Shown piece after piece: positions 37,778 through 48,614 of a stretch of 64,000 nt of DNA. The number at the start of each line of letters is the position of its first letter. Positions within the stretch are counted from its first letter, which is position 1. The notes below the pieces were generated by a model, which saw only the letters and a program-made list of their open reading frames with translations, ran no database searches and was not told the origin of the DNA. The translations under genes were made by a program, and so were the position numbers. This stretch comes from an uncultured bacterium (lineage in GTDB: Bacteria; Acidobacteriota; Thermoanaerobaculia; Multivoradales; JAHZIX01), in assembly GCA_965368975.1 (NCBI GenBank), contig CBDUPA010000005.1, positions 32,001 to 96,000 of the forward strand, written 5' to 3'.

Positions 37778-37826
37778 TTCATGGCTGTCAATGCAGGCTC
37801 TCCCTGCAGGGCGGTGGAATCAGGCT

Positions 37827-38969
37827 TCAGGCAGCCGGGGCGTCCTCCGAGGCTTCTACGAACGTCCCTTCCGGGGGCACACGGTGCGTCTGCCTGGCGG
37901 CTTCGAGGCGTTTGAGGGCCCGCGGTCGCAGGTCAGCGTAGCGCAGGCTACTGCGGCTCTCGTTCCAGTCGAAGTCCCCTTGGGCGGCGGAGCGGCCCTG
38001 GATCAAGAAGTCGGTGAAGGCGTCGAGCAGCGGGTAGCCGGTGGCGTGTTCGAGGAACAAGAATTGCCCCATCTGGTTGACCTCCAGGAAGAGGTGCCGG
38101 CCGTCCGGGGTGACGATCAGGTCGAAGCAACCGAAGACCAGGCCGAGGTGGTCGAGCAGGCGGCTGCAAGCGTCGACTACGGCGGTGGGCAGTTCGATCG
38201 GCTCCATGTGCAGCTCGTGGTACGACTTGCGCCAGTCGAGTCGGCCGGTGCGTGTCTGTTGTGAGCAGACCTTGAAAGCGAAGGGACGCCGGCCCATGAG
38301 CGTCAGGCGGATCTCGTAGGCCTTGGGCACCAGGGCCTGGTAGATGCCCGGAGCGGCGCGCAGGAGCTCGTCGCTCACCAGGTCGTCCTCGGTGACGCGG
38401 CTGGTGTAGGGCATCCAATAGGTCTCGTCGTCCTTCCAGGGTAGCCCCTTGAGTGGCTTGTAGACAGCACTACCGCCCTGGTCCCGTAGGAAGGCGCGGA
38501 TTTCGTCCGGATCGTTCGAGTACAGCGTTTCGGGCACTTCGAGACCGACGCGCGAGGCGTGGTACGACTGCAAGATCTTGTTGCCATGGCGGACGGCGCT
38601 CTGCGGGTTGACCCAGAAGGCCGACGCTTCGAGCAGTTGCATCAGCCCCTGGCGCGATGTGCGCACGCTCCACTCAGCGAAGTCTCGGTCTGCCGGGTGC
38701 AGGGTGAGGGGGTCGAGGTAGTGCGTCGGACGCCGGTTCCACACCACGTCGAAGTGGGGGTCCTGGAGGTCGAAGTCGGGACCGCGCAGGCGAATCGAGG
38801 TCGACACCCGACCCTCGGAGGCGGCGAAGCGCATGCTCTCGCCTGCGTTCATGGGGAAGTCGGAGGTGTGCCACAACACGGGAGACTGTCCTTTGGCTTC
38901 CAGCGCGGTCTGGACCGCGTAGGCGTGCAAGTCATCCGGCTGCGACAGGATCAGAATCGAAGTCGACAT
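37827..38969 (-). CDS. ATP-grasp RiPP maturase (graspetide synthetase, MvdC/MvdD-like)
   Basis: DDLHAYAV, VWNRRP, FWVNP..NKILQ, GLEVPETLYSND, VYKPL, PGIYQ..VPKAYEIR, DWRK, LGLVFGCFDLIV..LFLEVNQMGQFLFLE. Confidence 0.92.
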   Translation of the reverse strand: MSTSILILSQPDDLHAYAVQTALEAKGQSPVLWHTSDFPMNAGESMRFAASEGRVSTSIRLRGPDFDLQDPHFDVVWNRRPTHYLDPLTLHPADRDFAEWSVRTSRQGLMQLLEASAFWVNPQSAVRHGNKILQSYHASRVGLEVPETLYSNDPDEIRAFLRDQGGSAVYKPLKGLPWKDDETYWMPYTSRVTEDDLVSDELLRAAPGIYQALVPKAYEIRLTLMGRRPFAFKVCSQQTRTGRLDWRKSYHELHMEPIELPTAVVDACSRLLDHLGLVFGCFDLIVTPDGRHLFLEVNQMGQFLFLEHATGYPLLDAFTDFLIQGRSAAQGDFDWNESRSSLRYADLRPRALKRLEAARQTHRVPPEGTFVEASEDAPAA

Positions 38970-39014
38970 AGCAGGTCATCCCTAGAGCAAGAGGTGAAAC
39001 AAGGAGAGAGAGGG

Positions 39015-39054
39015 AAAACGGGGCGGTGCCCCTTGTGACAGGAACACCGCCCCG
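39015..39054 (-). terminator. Intrinsic terminator/attenuator between precursor and ATP-grasp gene
   Basis: 10-bp stem CGGGGCGGTG/CACCGCCCCG (39019-39028, 39045-39054) followed on the minus strand by TTTT. Confidence 0.7.
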
Positions 39055-39079
39055 GTATGTCGTACGGAGTGTGGAAGGT

Positions 39080-39262
39080 TTAGTCGCCGTCTGGCCCGAG
39101 GTTGGTGACGTCAGTGCCGCCACCCGTGATCTCAGGAGTTGTGGTCGGATCGGAATCATCGCGACCACCACCGCCGAGGATATTGCGAAGGTCCTCGGCA
39201 AGTACGCGGGCCAGAACGCGACCGGAGCGGGGATGCTGCAATTGAGCAACGTTCTTACGCAT
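39080..39262 (-). CDS. 60-aa graspetide precursor MRKNVAQLQHPRSGRVLARVLAEDLRNILGG-GGRDDSDPTTTPEITGGGTDVTNLGPDGD
   Basis: AAAGGAG RBS before ATG 39262; directly upstream of the ATP-grasp gene; helical leader RVLARVLAEDL, GG site, Thr/Asp-rich core. Confidence 0.88.
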   Translation of the reverse strand: MRKNVAQLQHPRSGRVLARVLAEDLRNILGGGGRDDSDPTTTPEITGGGTDVTNLGPDGD

Positions 39263-39470
39263 GGCTGCTCCTTTCAAGGTGAGTGAAGGACGCGGGCGAA
39301 CCGCGATTCCTCCGTATTCAAAGCCACTCCCGTGGGCGCGTCCGTTATTCGGACTCGTCTATACCTACGTAGAACAAGCCTCTGGGGTATACCGTGGATT
39401 CCTGGTTTTACAGTTTTTTGCAACTCGCGGTTTTCGGAGGCAGGCATGCGGGTGCGCTAAGATCGCGGCA

Positions 39471-40760
<1,290 letters not shown>

Positions 40761-40762
40761 CG

Positions 40763-41362
40763 ATGAGCGACGGCACCGATGGCATCACCGAGATCCTTCG
40801 AGAGTGGTGCGGCGGGACGCCGGAAGCGCTCGAGAAGCTCATGCCGCTGGTCTTCGGGGAGCTACGCAAGCTGGCGCGCTCACACTTCCGGCGCGAACCG
40901 TCCGGCCATACGCTACAGCCGACGGCCCTGGTCAACGAGGTCTATCTGCGCCTAGAGCGGCAGATGCACGTGCAACTGATCAACCGCACGCAGTTCTTCG
41001 CCTTCGCCTCGCGCCTGATGCGCCGCATCCTAGTCGACCACCACCGAACACGGCAGGCGGAGAAGCGCGGGAACGGGCAAGTCCTGGTGACTCTCGACGA
41101 GGCTCTGCGCGGGGGCCGCGCCGCCGCCCGCGCGAGGACGATCGAGCGAGTCGATATCCTGGCGCTGGATGAGGCCTTGGAGTTGCTCAAGGAGCTGGAT
41201 CCACGGCAGTGCCGAGTCGTCGAGCTGCGTTACTTCGGGGGCTTGACGATTCCCGAGACAGCACAGGTGCTGGGCATTTCGCCGGCCACTGTCAAGCGCG
41301 AGTGGGCCGTTGCCAAGGCGTGGCTGCAGTATCGACTCCGTTCGCCGGGGGTGTCCGTGTGA
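40763..41362 (+). CDS. ECF sigma factor, TIGR02999 (kinase-associated) type
   Basis: ITEILREW, LMPLVFGELRKLA, HTLQPTALVNEVYLRL, MRRILVDH, VVELRYFGGL..ETAQVLGISPATVKREW. Confidence 0.92.
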   Translation: MSDGTDGITEILREWCGGTPEALEKLMPLVFGELRKLARSHFRREPSGHTLQPTALVNEVYLRLERQMHVQLINRTQFFAFASRLMRRILVDHHRTRQAEKRGNGQVLVTLDEALRGGRAAARARTIERVDILALDEALELLKELDPRQCRVVELRYFGGLTIPETAQVLGISPATVKREWAVAKAWLQYRLRSPGVSV

Positions 41363-43653
41363 CGCGCTGGGAACGTCTGAAGCAGGTTCTGGGTGCGGTG
41401 CTCGAGCTGCCGGCCGACGAGCGGCGCGCTTTCCTCGACGCTCACTGCAATGCTGAGCTGCGGCACGAGGTCGAAGCGATTCTCGATGCTCACCAGGACG
41501 AGGGCTTTCTGGAACAGCCGGTGATCGGCGATGACAGCCTGCTGCCGGCCGAGCGTGTCGGGCCGTACCGACTGCTGGGGCGTTTGGGTTCCGGCGGCAT
41601 GGGAGATGTCTTCTTGGCCGAGCAGGAAGAGCCCATCCGGCGCCGAGTGGCACTCAAGCTGATGCGTCCCGGTGCCTTCGGCGGAGCCGCCGCCGCGCGC
41701 TTCGAAATCGAGCGCCAAGCGCTGGCACGCATGCAGCATCCCAATATCGCGCGGGTGTTTGACGCTGGCGCCGTCGAGATCGACTCGATCTTGGGTGGCC
41801 CAACCGACCGCCGTTCCTTCTTCGTCATGGAGTTGATCAGTGGCCGTGCGATCACCCGCTATTGTGACGACGAAGCGCTCAGCCTGGAGCAGCGCCTGGA
41901 GCTCTTCGTCCAGGTTTGCCGGGGCGTCCAGCACGCCCACCAGAGAGGGATCATTCACCGCGACCTCAAGCCGTCGAACGTTCTGGTCCTTGAGGAAGAC
42001 GGCCGTCCGGTACCCAAGATCATTGACTTCGGCGTCGCCAAGGCCGTCGAGACCGTGGAGGCCGGAGCCTCCGCGCAGGGCCTCACTGCTGCCGGAGCCC
42101 TGACCGATAGCGGGGCTCTGACCGGCGCGGGGCAGTGGATCGGCACACCCGAGTATATGAGTCCGGAGCAAGCCGACGCCGGCGGCAGTGCGGTGGATAC
42201 GCGCGCTGACGTCTATGCGCTGGGCGCGTTGCTCTACGAGTTGCTGACTGGGTGGCAGCCCTTCGATCCCGAAGAGCTGCGCGGTGGCGATCTGCGGCAT
42301 CTTCGTGAAGTGCTGCGCACGCATGAGCCTGTGGCGCCGAGCCGGCGCGTCGATCCCGGCAGCGAGCGCGCGCGGCGGTTGCGCGGTGATCTCGACGCCA
42401 TTGTGTCAAAGGCTTTGGAGAAAGAGCCGGAGCGCCGCTTCGCCTCAGTGGTCGAGCTGGCGGCCGACATCCAGCGCCACCTGCATCACGAAGTGGTCAG
42501 CGCCGTACAACCGAGCCGCGGGTACCGGCTGAGCAAGTTCGTGCGTCGGCACAGGACCGGTGTGGCGACGGCGGTGGCAGTGGTGCTAGCTCTTGGGTTC
42601 GGGCTGGCAGCAGCGATGGTCGGCATGGTACGAACGCGAGATGCAGAAGCTGAGGCGCTGGTTCAAGCTGCGCTGGCAGAAGAGAAGGCGGCAACGGCCG
42701 AGCAGGTCACGCTCTTTCTTTTCGACTTGTTCGAAGCCGCCAATCCGTCGCGGGCACCCCGGCCGGAACTCACCTTGCGCGAGGTTCTGGACCGCGGAGC
42801 AGAGCGTGTGCGGGTGAAGTTGGCCGATCAGCCGGAAGCGCGCGGGCAGTTGCTGTTCACCATTGGCCGTTCTTACAAGGAGCTGGGTCTGTTCGATCAG
42901 GCGCGCGAGATGCTCGAAGAGTCTGTGGCGGTTCGGCGTGGTTGTTTCGGCGACGATCACCTGATGGTTGCCGAGAGCCTGCATGTTCTGAGTGCCGTGT
43001 ACATCGACCTGGCGCTCTTCGAGACTGCCCGCTCGACAGCGCGTGAGGCGTTGGAGATCCGCAGGCGTCACCTCGGCTCAGAGCATCTCCATATCGCTGG
43101 CACCCTGAACAACCTGGCGGTGATCCACAAGCGCCTGGGAGATCTCACCGAAGCGCGGCAAGACCTTGAACGCGCACTGACGATCTACGAAAGCCAGGGT
43201 GCCTCGGCGGCGCAGCGCGCCCAGGCGCTTGACAATCTCGGTCTCTTGCTGGCTGAGTCAGGGCAGCCGGCCCTGGCACGCCCTCATTTGCAGCGCGCTC
43301 TGGCCCTGCTTGAAGCCGAGTTCGGAGTCGACAGTGGCAGACTGTCCGGAACGCTCAACAATCTGGCACTGGTCGCGGCGGAGCTGGGTGACCATGCTGC
43401 CGCTCGGGACGAGTGGCGGCGGGTGCTCGACATCGACCGTCGAACCTACGGCGACGAGCATCCCTATATCGCCTTCGGCCACTTCAATCTGGGCAAGTTG
43501 GCCGAGGAAATGGGCCAGTGCGAGATCGCCGAGGAGCACCTACGTGCCGCCGTCGAGATTCTGCGTCAGCGCCTCCCTTCGGAGCACCCGAGGCTGCGTG
43601 AGGCCACAGACTACCTCGCATCCCTCTCAGCAGGCTGTGAGGCCGGATTTTGA
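41359..43653 (+). CDS. Membrane Ser/Thr protein kinase with extracytoplasmic TPR repeats
   Basis: GTG start overlapping the sigma stop; GSGGMG, VALK, HRDLKPSN, IIDFG, GTPEYMSPEQ; one TM helix; TPR repeats (TLNNLA). Confidence 0.92.
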   Translation: MTRWERLKQVLGAVLELPADERRAFLDAHCNAELRHEVEAILDAHQDEGFLEQPVIGDDSLLPAERVGPYRLLGRLGSGGMGDVFLAEQEEPIRRRVALKLMRPGAFGGAAAARFEIERQALARMQHPNIARVFDAGAVEIDSILGGPTDRRSFFVMELISGRAITRYCDDEALSLEQRLELFVQVCRGVQHAHQRGIIHRDLKPSNVLVLEEDGRPVPKIIDFGVAKAVETVEAGASAQGLTAAGALTDSGALTGAGQWIGTPEYMSPEQADAGGSAVDTRADVYALGALLYELLTGWQPFDPEELRGGDLRHLREVLRTHEPVAPSRRVDPGSERARRLRGDLDAIVSKALEKEPERRFASVVELAADIQRHLHHEVVSAVQPSRGYRLSKFVRRHRTGVATAVAVVLALGFGLAAAMVGMVRTRDAEAEALVQAALAEEKAATAEQVTLFLFDLFEAANPSRAPRPELTLREVLDRGAERVRVKLADQPEARGQLLFTIGRSYKELGLFDQAREMLEESVAVRRGCFGDDHLMVAESLHVLSAVYIDLALFETARSTAREALEIRRRHLGSEHLHIAGTLNNLAVIHKRLGDLTEARQDLERALTIYESQGASAAQRAQALDNLGLLLAESGQPALARPHLQRALALLEAEFGVDSGRLSGTLNNLALVAAELGDHAAARDEWRRVLDIDRRTYGDEHPYIAFGHFNLGKLAEEMGQCEIAEEHLRAAVEILRQRLPSEHPRLREATDYLASLSAGCEAGF

Positions 43654-43789
43654 CTGGGCGCTAAGACAGAATCTCACAAGCCCTGAGCCTGTCTTGCAGT
43701 GTGTTGCGCGATGAGGTGATGAGAGTCCTCTGGCCAGTCCTACGTCGTGCTGGCTGGAGTCTCGAAACTCGAAACCAGAGGAGGAGACT

Positions 43790-44119
43790 ATGTTCCAGTC
43801 CATCCGTGTATCGTCTGGCTTGATGGCACTGCTCGTTCTGCTAGTCGCGTTTCCGGCCTTCGCAGATCAGCGCGCTGATGTCGAAGCCGTGCCCGAGGTG
43901 GAGCAGGAGGCTGTACCCATGAGCAGTGAGGCGAGTAGTGCTCTTGCTATCGACGGCGAGCGAGAGGCGAGTCCCCTGGCCTTTCTGCTGCCGGTTCCAC
44001 CTCCATACTGCTACGAAGGCCAACCTTGTCAGAGTCGCTACGACTGTGGCCACCAACACCCGTTCAGCCCTGACATTTCCTACGGTTCCTGCCAGTGGTG
44101 GGGCTGCATCTGCCCATGA
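43790..44119 (+). CDS. Small secreted cysteine-rich peptide (signal peptide + acidic pro-region + 6-Cys C-terminal domain)
   Basis: GAGGAG RBS; signal peptide ending AFA; C-x5-C-x5-C-x14-C-x4-C-x-C at the C-terminus. Confidence 0.8.
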   Translation: MFQSIRVSSGLMALLVLLVAFPAFADQRADVEAVPEVEQEAVPMSSEASSALAIDGEREASPLAFLLPVPPPYCYEGQPCQSRYDCGHQHPFSPDISYGSCQWWGCICP

Positions 44120-44137
44120 GTTCAGCTGTGGAGTAGT

Positions 44138-45613
44138 TCAGCGAGCGGTGTGCAGGTGCGCGATGGAGTTCGCGTAGTACTTCAACACCGGTAGCTGTTC
44201 CGGGACGGCGGCATACAAGCCGTCGTCCCGTTCTTGCGCCAGGCGTCGCAGCAGCAGCATGCGCAAACCTACGGTGATCGCGTAGTCGCCGTCCTGGCGC
44301 GGGACGTAGACGTGCGCTCCGCTGGACTCGAACGCCTCGATCCGTTCCTGCACCCGTGCCTTGAGCTCCAACTCGGAAACGCCGCTGCAGTTCGCCTCCA
44401 ACAGGACATCGGCTACCAGTGCCACCGGCAGCACCGGAATCACGTCGCCAACCGAGGCCATCAAGTGGCGGCCCAGGTTCTCGATATGGGCGAAGTAGGG
44501 TTCCTGCTCCAGGTCCGCGAAGCCGTCGAGTTCGTGTTCGGCGAGCCAGCCGCGCATGGAGATCGGGCGCCCGAAATTGACGCAGGCGTAGCCGTAGCGA
44601 TACCAGCGCCGCGTCAGCATGCGCCATACCTGACCGCCGAAGAAGCGCAAAGTCGTCCAGGCCGCCGAGACCCCCGTCTTGCGTTCGACACCTTCCTGGC
44701 CCGCCCGCTCTTGGTTCAGCGGTGCGACATCACCCGCATCCGGGGGCGGGGCGGCGTCGAGCAAGAGCGTACGGTCCTCCAGCACACGGTCGTAGTTCAA
44801 GCCCACGGGGACGAAAACAATATCGCGCTCGCCGCCACGGTCAAATTCACGCAGCATGTAGCCGAGCAAGCCCAACTTCGCTGGCTGTAGTCGACCATCT
44901 CGCGACAGCCCACCCTCCGGGTAAATCGCTTGCGTCACGCCGTTGGCACTCGCCATCTGCACGTAGCGCTGCAGCACCCGCCGGTACAGCGCGTTGCGCG
45001 AGCGTCGACGCACGAAGTACGCACCCATCGCGCGGATCAAGGTCTCCAGCGGCCAGATGCGCGCCCATTCGCCGACCGCGTACGACAACGCCGAGCGAGC
45101 CGCCACCATGTACGACACCAGCACGTAGTCCATGTTCGAGCGGTGGTTCATCACGAACACCACCGTCGCATCCTGCGGTACCTGTTCCAGTGCTTCCTCG
45201 TCGATCGAGCCCAGCCGTACCCGGTACATCAAGCGTGCAGCCCAGCGAGCCAGCCAGTAGCCCAGCCGGAAATAGACATAGGCGTTGAATGCCGGCACGA
45301 TTTCTTCCGCGTAGCGCCGCACCTTGCCCATCACCACCTCGCGCGGCATTCCCTCCGCGCGCGCGAACTCGTCGACTGCTTCGAGCACTTGCGGATCGTA
45401 GATCAGCCGATCCAGCAGCACCTGCCGCTTGGTCAGCTTGAAGGGCTGCAGCCGGATGCGCAGGCGCGAGTTCAGCTCGTCGATCACCCGGTTCACCCGC
45501 CTGCGCAGGAACCAGCGGACCGAGGGGACGAGCAAGCGGTAGATCAGCGCCCAGCCGGCAAAGACCACCAGCAGCGCCACCAGCCACAGGGGCAGGGTGA
45601 TGGGTTGGGACAT
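44138..45613 (-). CDS. Glycerol-3-phosphate acyltransferase family protein (PlsB-like)
   Basis: NHRSNMD (HxxxxD), GAYFVRR, YPEGGLSRDG, FVPVGLNYD motifs. Confidence 0.85.
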   Translation of the reverse strand: MSQPITLPLWLVALLVVFAGWALIYRLLVPSVRWFLRRRVNRVIDELNSRLRIRLQPFKLTKRQVLLDRLIYDPQVLEAVDEFARAEGMPREVVMGKVRRYAEEIVPAFNAYVYFRLGYWLARWAARLMYRVRLGSIDEEALEQVPQDATVVFVMNHRSNMDYVLVSYMVAARSALSYAVGEWARIWPLETLIRAMGAYFVRRRSRNALYRRVLQRYVQMASANGVTQAIYPEGGLSRDGRLQPAKLGLLGYMLREFDRGGERDIVFVPVGLNYDRVLEDRTLLLDAAPPPDAGDVAPLNQERAGQEGVERKTGVSAAWTTLRFFGGQVWRMLTRRWYRYGYACVNFGRPISMRGWLAEHELDGFADLEQEPYFAHIENLGRHLMASVGDVIPVLPVALVADVLLEANCSGVSELELKARVQERIEAFESSGAHVYVPRQDGDYAITVGLRMLLLRRLAQERDDGLYAAVPEQLPVLKYYANSIAHLHTAR

Positions 45614-45679
45614 GGTCGCCTATTGTGGCACAGGCACGCGACTGAGGAAGGGGCGTCGTGTGGGCGCTATACTTGTGCC

Positions 45680-45922
45680 ATGAACATGGACAAGGACACG
45701 CGCCAAGGGCTGCTCGAGGGTTTTGCGTCGAAGCTGCGCTTCCCACAGCTCTTCTTCTTCACCGCCATCATCTTTGGCATCGATCTCTTCGTGCCCGACG
45801 TCATTCCCTTCGCCGACGAGATCCTGCTCGGCCTGATGACGGTGCTACTGGCCAACCTCAAGAAGAAGGATAGTCAGCAGGAAGAGCGGCCGATGAAGAA
45901 CGTGACGCCGCCGACGGACTGA
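45680..45922 (+). CDS. Small membrane protein (DUF6116-like)
   Basis: LRFPQLF..IDLFVPDVIPFADEILLGL motif; ATG 45680 lies 6 nt after TATACT. Confidence 0.7.
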   Translation: MNMDKDTRQGLLEGFASKLRFPQLFFFTAIIFGIDLFVPDVIPFADEILLGLMTVLLANLKKKDSQQEERPMKNVTPPTD

Positions 45923-45943
45923 CGGCGTCTCCCCCCACCTGCC

Positions 45944-47332
45944 TCAGATGTGAATCGCCCGGCCGTCGACCGCCAGCGCCGCTTCCTTGACGATCTCGGC
46001 GAGCGTCGGGTGGGCATGGGTGGAGCGGGCGATGTCTTCGGCGCTGGCGCTGAACTCGATGGCGACGGCGAGTTCGGCGATCAGGTCGCCGGCGTTGGCG
46101 CCGAGGATGTGAGCCCCGAGGAGACGGTCGGTGTCTTTGTGCGCCAGGAGCTTGACTTGACCTTCGGTGGCGCCGATGGCGCGGGCACGGCCGTTGGCCA
46201 TGTAGGGGAAGGTGCCCTTGGTGTAGGGGATGCCGGCGTCTTGGAGTTCTTCTTCGGTCTTGCCGGCGCAGGCGATCTCGGGGTAGGTGTAGACGACGCT
46301 GGGGATGGCGTCGTAGTTGACGTGGCCGTGGCCCTTGACGATGCCTTCGACGCAGGCGATGCCTTCGTCTTCGGCTTTGTGGGCGAGCATCGGGCCGGGA
46401 ATGACGTCGCCGATGGCGTAGTGGTTCTCGACGTTGGTGCGGAAGTGCTGGTCGACTTCGATGACGCCGCGGTCGGTGGTCGAGATGCCGGCTTTGTCGA
46501 GATCGAGGCCATCGGTGTTGGGTTTGCGACCGACGGCGACCAGGACGCGGTCGCACTCGATGGGATCGTTGCCCTCTGATTCGACGATGCACTTGTTCTT
46601 ATCGACCTTGGTACCCGTCACCTTGACGCCGAGCTTGAAGTCCATGCCCTGCTTCGTGAAGATCTTTTGCGCGCTCTTGGCCAGCTCGGCGTCCATGCCG
46701 GGCAGGATGCGGTCGAGGTATTCGAGCACGGTGACCTTGGCGCCCAGACGGTTCCACACGGAGCCGAGTTCGAGGCCGATGACGCCGGCGCCGATGACCA
46801 CCAGGTGACCGGGAACCTCGGGGTAGGAGAGGGCGGTGGTGGAGTCGCCGATGCGGTCGTCGTCGAACTCGATGCCGGGCAGGCCGGTGACCTTGGAGCC
46901 GGTGGCGACGATGACCTTGCCGGCCTCGATCGTGAGCTCATCCTTTCCGTCGACGCTCACCACGCCGGGGCCGTCGAAGCGCGCGTGCCCCTCGTAGCGT
47001 GTGATCTTGTTGCCCTTGAACAAGCCGGCCACACCCTTGGTCAGCAGGGTGACGGTCTTGTCCTTGTGCTTCATCATGCGAGCCAGGTCGAGCTCGACGC
47101 CGCTGACGCCGATGCCGAACTTCTTCAGCTCGTGCTGGGCTTCGTGGTACTTGTGGCTGGCTTCGAGCAGGGCTTTGGACGGGATGCATCCGACGCGCAG
47201 GCAGGTGCCGCCGAGGGCGCTTTCTTTCTCGACGCAGGCGACGTCGAGGCCCAGTTGAGCGGCGCGGATGGCGGCGACATAGCCGCCCGGGCCGGCGCCG
47301 AGGACCAGCAGATCGTGCTTGGCTTGTTTCAT
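45944..47332 (-). CDS. lpdA: Dihydrolipoyl dehydrogenase (E3)
   Basis: GAGPGGYVAAIRAAQLG, GGTCLRVGCIPSK, GAGVIGLELG, HAHPTLAE. Confidence 0.97.
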   Translation of the reverse strand: MKQAKHDLLVLGAGPGGYVAAIRAAQLGLDVACVEKESALGGTCLRVGCIPSKALLEASHKYHEAQHELKKFGIGVSGVELDLARMMKHKDKTVTLLTKGVAGLFKGNKITRYEGHARFDGPGVVSVDGKDELTIEAGKVIVATGSKVTGLPGIEFDDDRIGDSTTALSYPEVPGHLVVIGAGVIGLELGSVWNRLGAKVTVLEYLDRILPGMDAELAKSAQKIFTKQGMDFKLGVKVTGTKVDKNKCIVESEGNDPIECDRVLVAVGRKPNTDGLDLDKAGISTTDRGVIEVDQHFRTNVENHYAIGDVIPGPMLAHKAEDEGIACVEGIVKGHGHVNYDAIPSVVYTYPEIACAGKTEEELQDAGIPYTKGTFPYMANGRARAIGATEGQVKLLAHKDTDRLLGAHILGANAGDLIAELAVAIEFSASAEDIARSTHAHPTLAEIVKEAALAVDGRAIHI

Positions 47333-47342
47333 GATGTCTCTC

Positions 47343-48599
47343 TTAGGCTTCGATCAGCATGCGGGCCGGATCTTCGATGCAGTCCTTGACGCGCACCAGG
47401 AAGGTGACGGCTTCGCGGCCGTCGACCAGGCGGTGGTCGTAGGTGAGGGCGACGTACATGATCGGGCGGATGACGACTTCACCGTCGATGGCGACCGGGC
47501 GCTGCTGGATGTTGTGCATGCCCAGGATGCCGCTTTGCGGCGGGTTGACGATCGGCGTCGACAGCATGGAGCCGTAAATGCCGCCGTTGCTGATGGTGAA
47601 GGTACCGCCCTGCAACTCGTCGGCAGTCAGGCTGCCGTCCTTGGCCTTGCCGGCCAGTTCGCCGATGGTCTGCTCGACCCCGGCGAAGCTGAGACGCTCG
47701 GCGTTGCGAATCACCGGCACCACCAGGCCTTGACCGCCGCCTACCGCGACGCCGATGTCGTAGTAGTTGTGGTAAAGGATCTTGCCGTCGTCGATGCGCG
47801 CATTCAGCGCGGGGATCTCTTTCAGGCCTTCGATCACCGCCTTGACGAAGAAGCTCATGAAGCCGAGCTTGATGCCGTGCTTCTTGACGAAGGCGTCCTG
47901 GTGCTGCTTGCGCAGGTTCATGACGGCCGACATGTCGACTTCGTTGAAGGTGGTGAGCAGCGCGGAGGTCTGCTGCGATTCGACCAGGCGCTCGGCGATG
48001 CGTCGACGCAGGGTCGTCATGCGCACGGCCTTTTGCTCGCGCGCGCCGCCAGGGGACGCCACGGCCGGCGATGCCGCGGCAGGCGATGCTGAGGGTGCCG
48101 CTTGCGGAGCTGTCTTCTGCTGTGCTGTCTTCTGCAGCGTCAAGTGACGTTGCACGTCTTCCTTCAGCAGACGGCCACCAGGGCCACTGGCTTCGACGTC
48201 GGCGGCGTCGAGGCCGGCCTCGTCGAGCAGGCGGCGTGCGGCGGGCATGACGCGCTCGTCGCTGGCTGTCTCGCCACCCTTGGCTTTGTCGCCGTCTTGG
48301 TCCTTCTCGGTGCTGGCCTTCTTCTGGTTGGCGCTGGCGCTATCTCCGGCAGTAGCGACTTCCCCCTCTTCCATCTTGCCAATGACCTCGCCGACCTCGG
48401 CTTCTTCGCCCTCTTGCTTGAGGATCTCGATCAGTGTGCCGGACACCGGCGCGGGCAGCTCGGTGGTGACCTTGTCGGTCTCGATAATGACGATCGTATC
48501 GTCGGCCTTGACCGATCCGCCGGGCTGGACTTGCCACTCGCCGATCACGACTTCGGTGATGGATTCACCCACGGAGGGGACTTTGAGTTCGATGGCCAT
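47343..48599 (-). CDS. sucB: 2-oxoglutarate dehydrogenase E2, dihydrolipoyl succinyltransferase
   Basis: Lipoyl [37 protein letters not shown]. Confidence 0.97.
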   Translation of the reverse strand: MAIELKVPSVGESITEVVIGEWQVQPGGSVKADDTIVIIETDKVTTELPAPVSGTLIEILKQEGEEAEVGEVIGKMEEGEVATAGDSASANQKKASTEKDQDGDKAKGGETASDERVMPAARRLLDEAGLDAADVEASGPGGRLLKEDVQRHLTLQKTAQQKTAPQAAPSASPAAASPAVASPGGAREQKAVRMTTLRRRIAERLVESQQTSALLTTFNEVDMSAVMNLRKQHQDAFVKKHGIKLGFMSFFVKAVIEGLKEIPALNARIDDGKILYHNYYDIGVAVGGGQGLVVPVIRNAERLSFAGVEQTIGELAGKAKDGSLTADELQGGTFTISNGGIYGSMLSTPIVNPPQSGILGMHNIQQRPVAIDGEVVIRPIMYVALTYDHRLVDGREAVTFLVRVKDCIEDPARMLIEA

Positions 48600-48614
48600 G
48601 CTTTCCTCTCGGGC

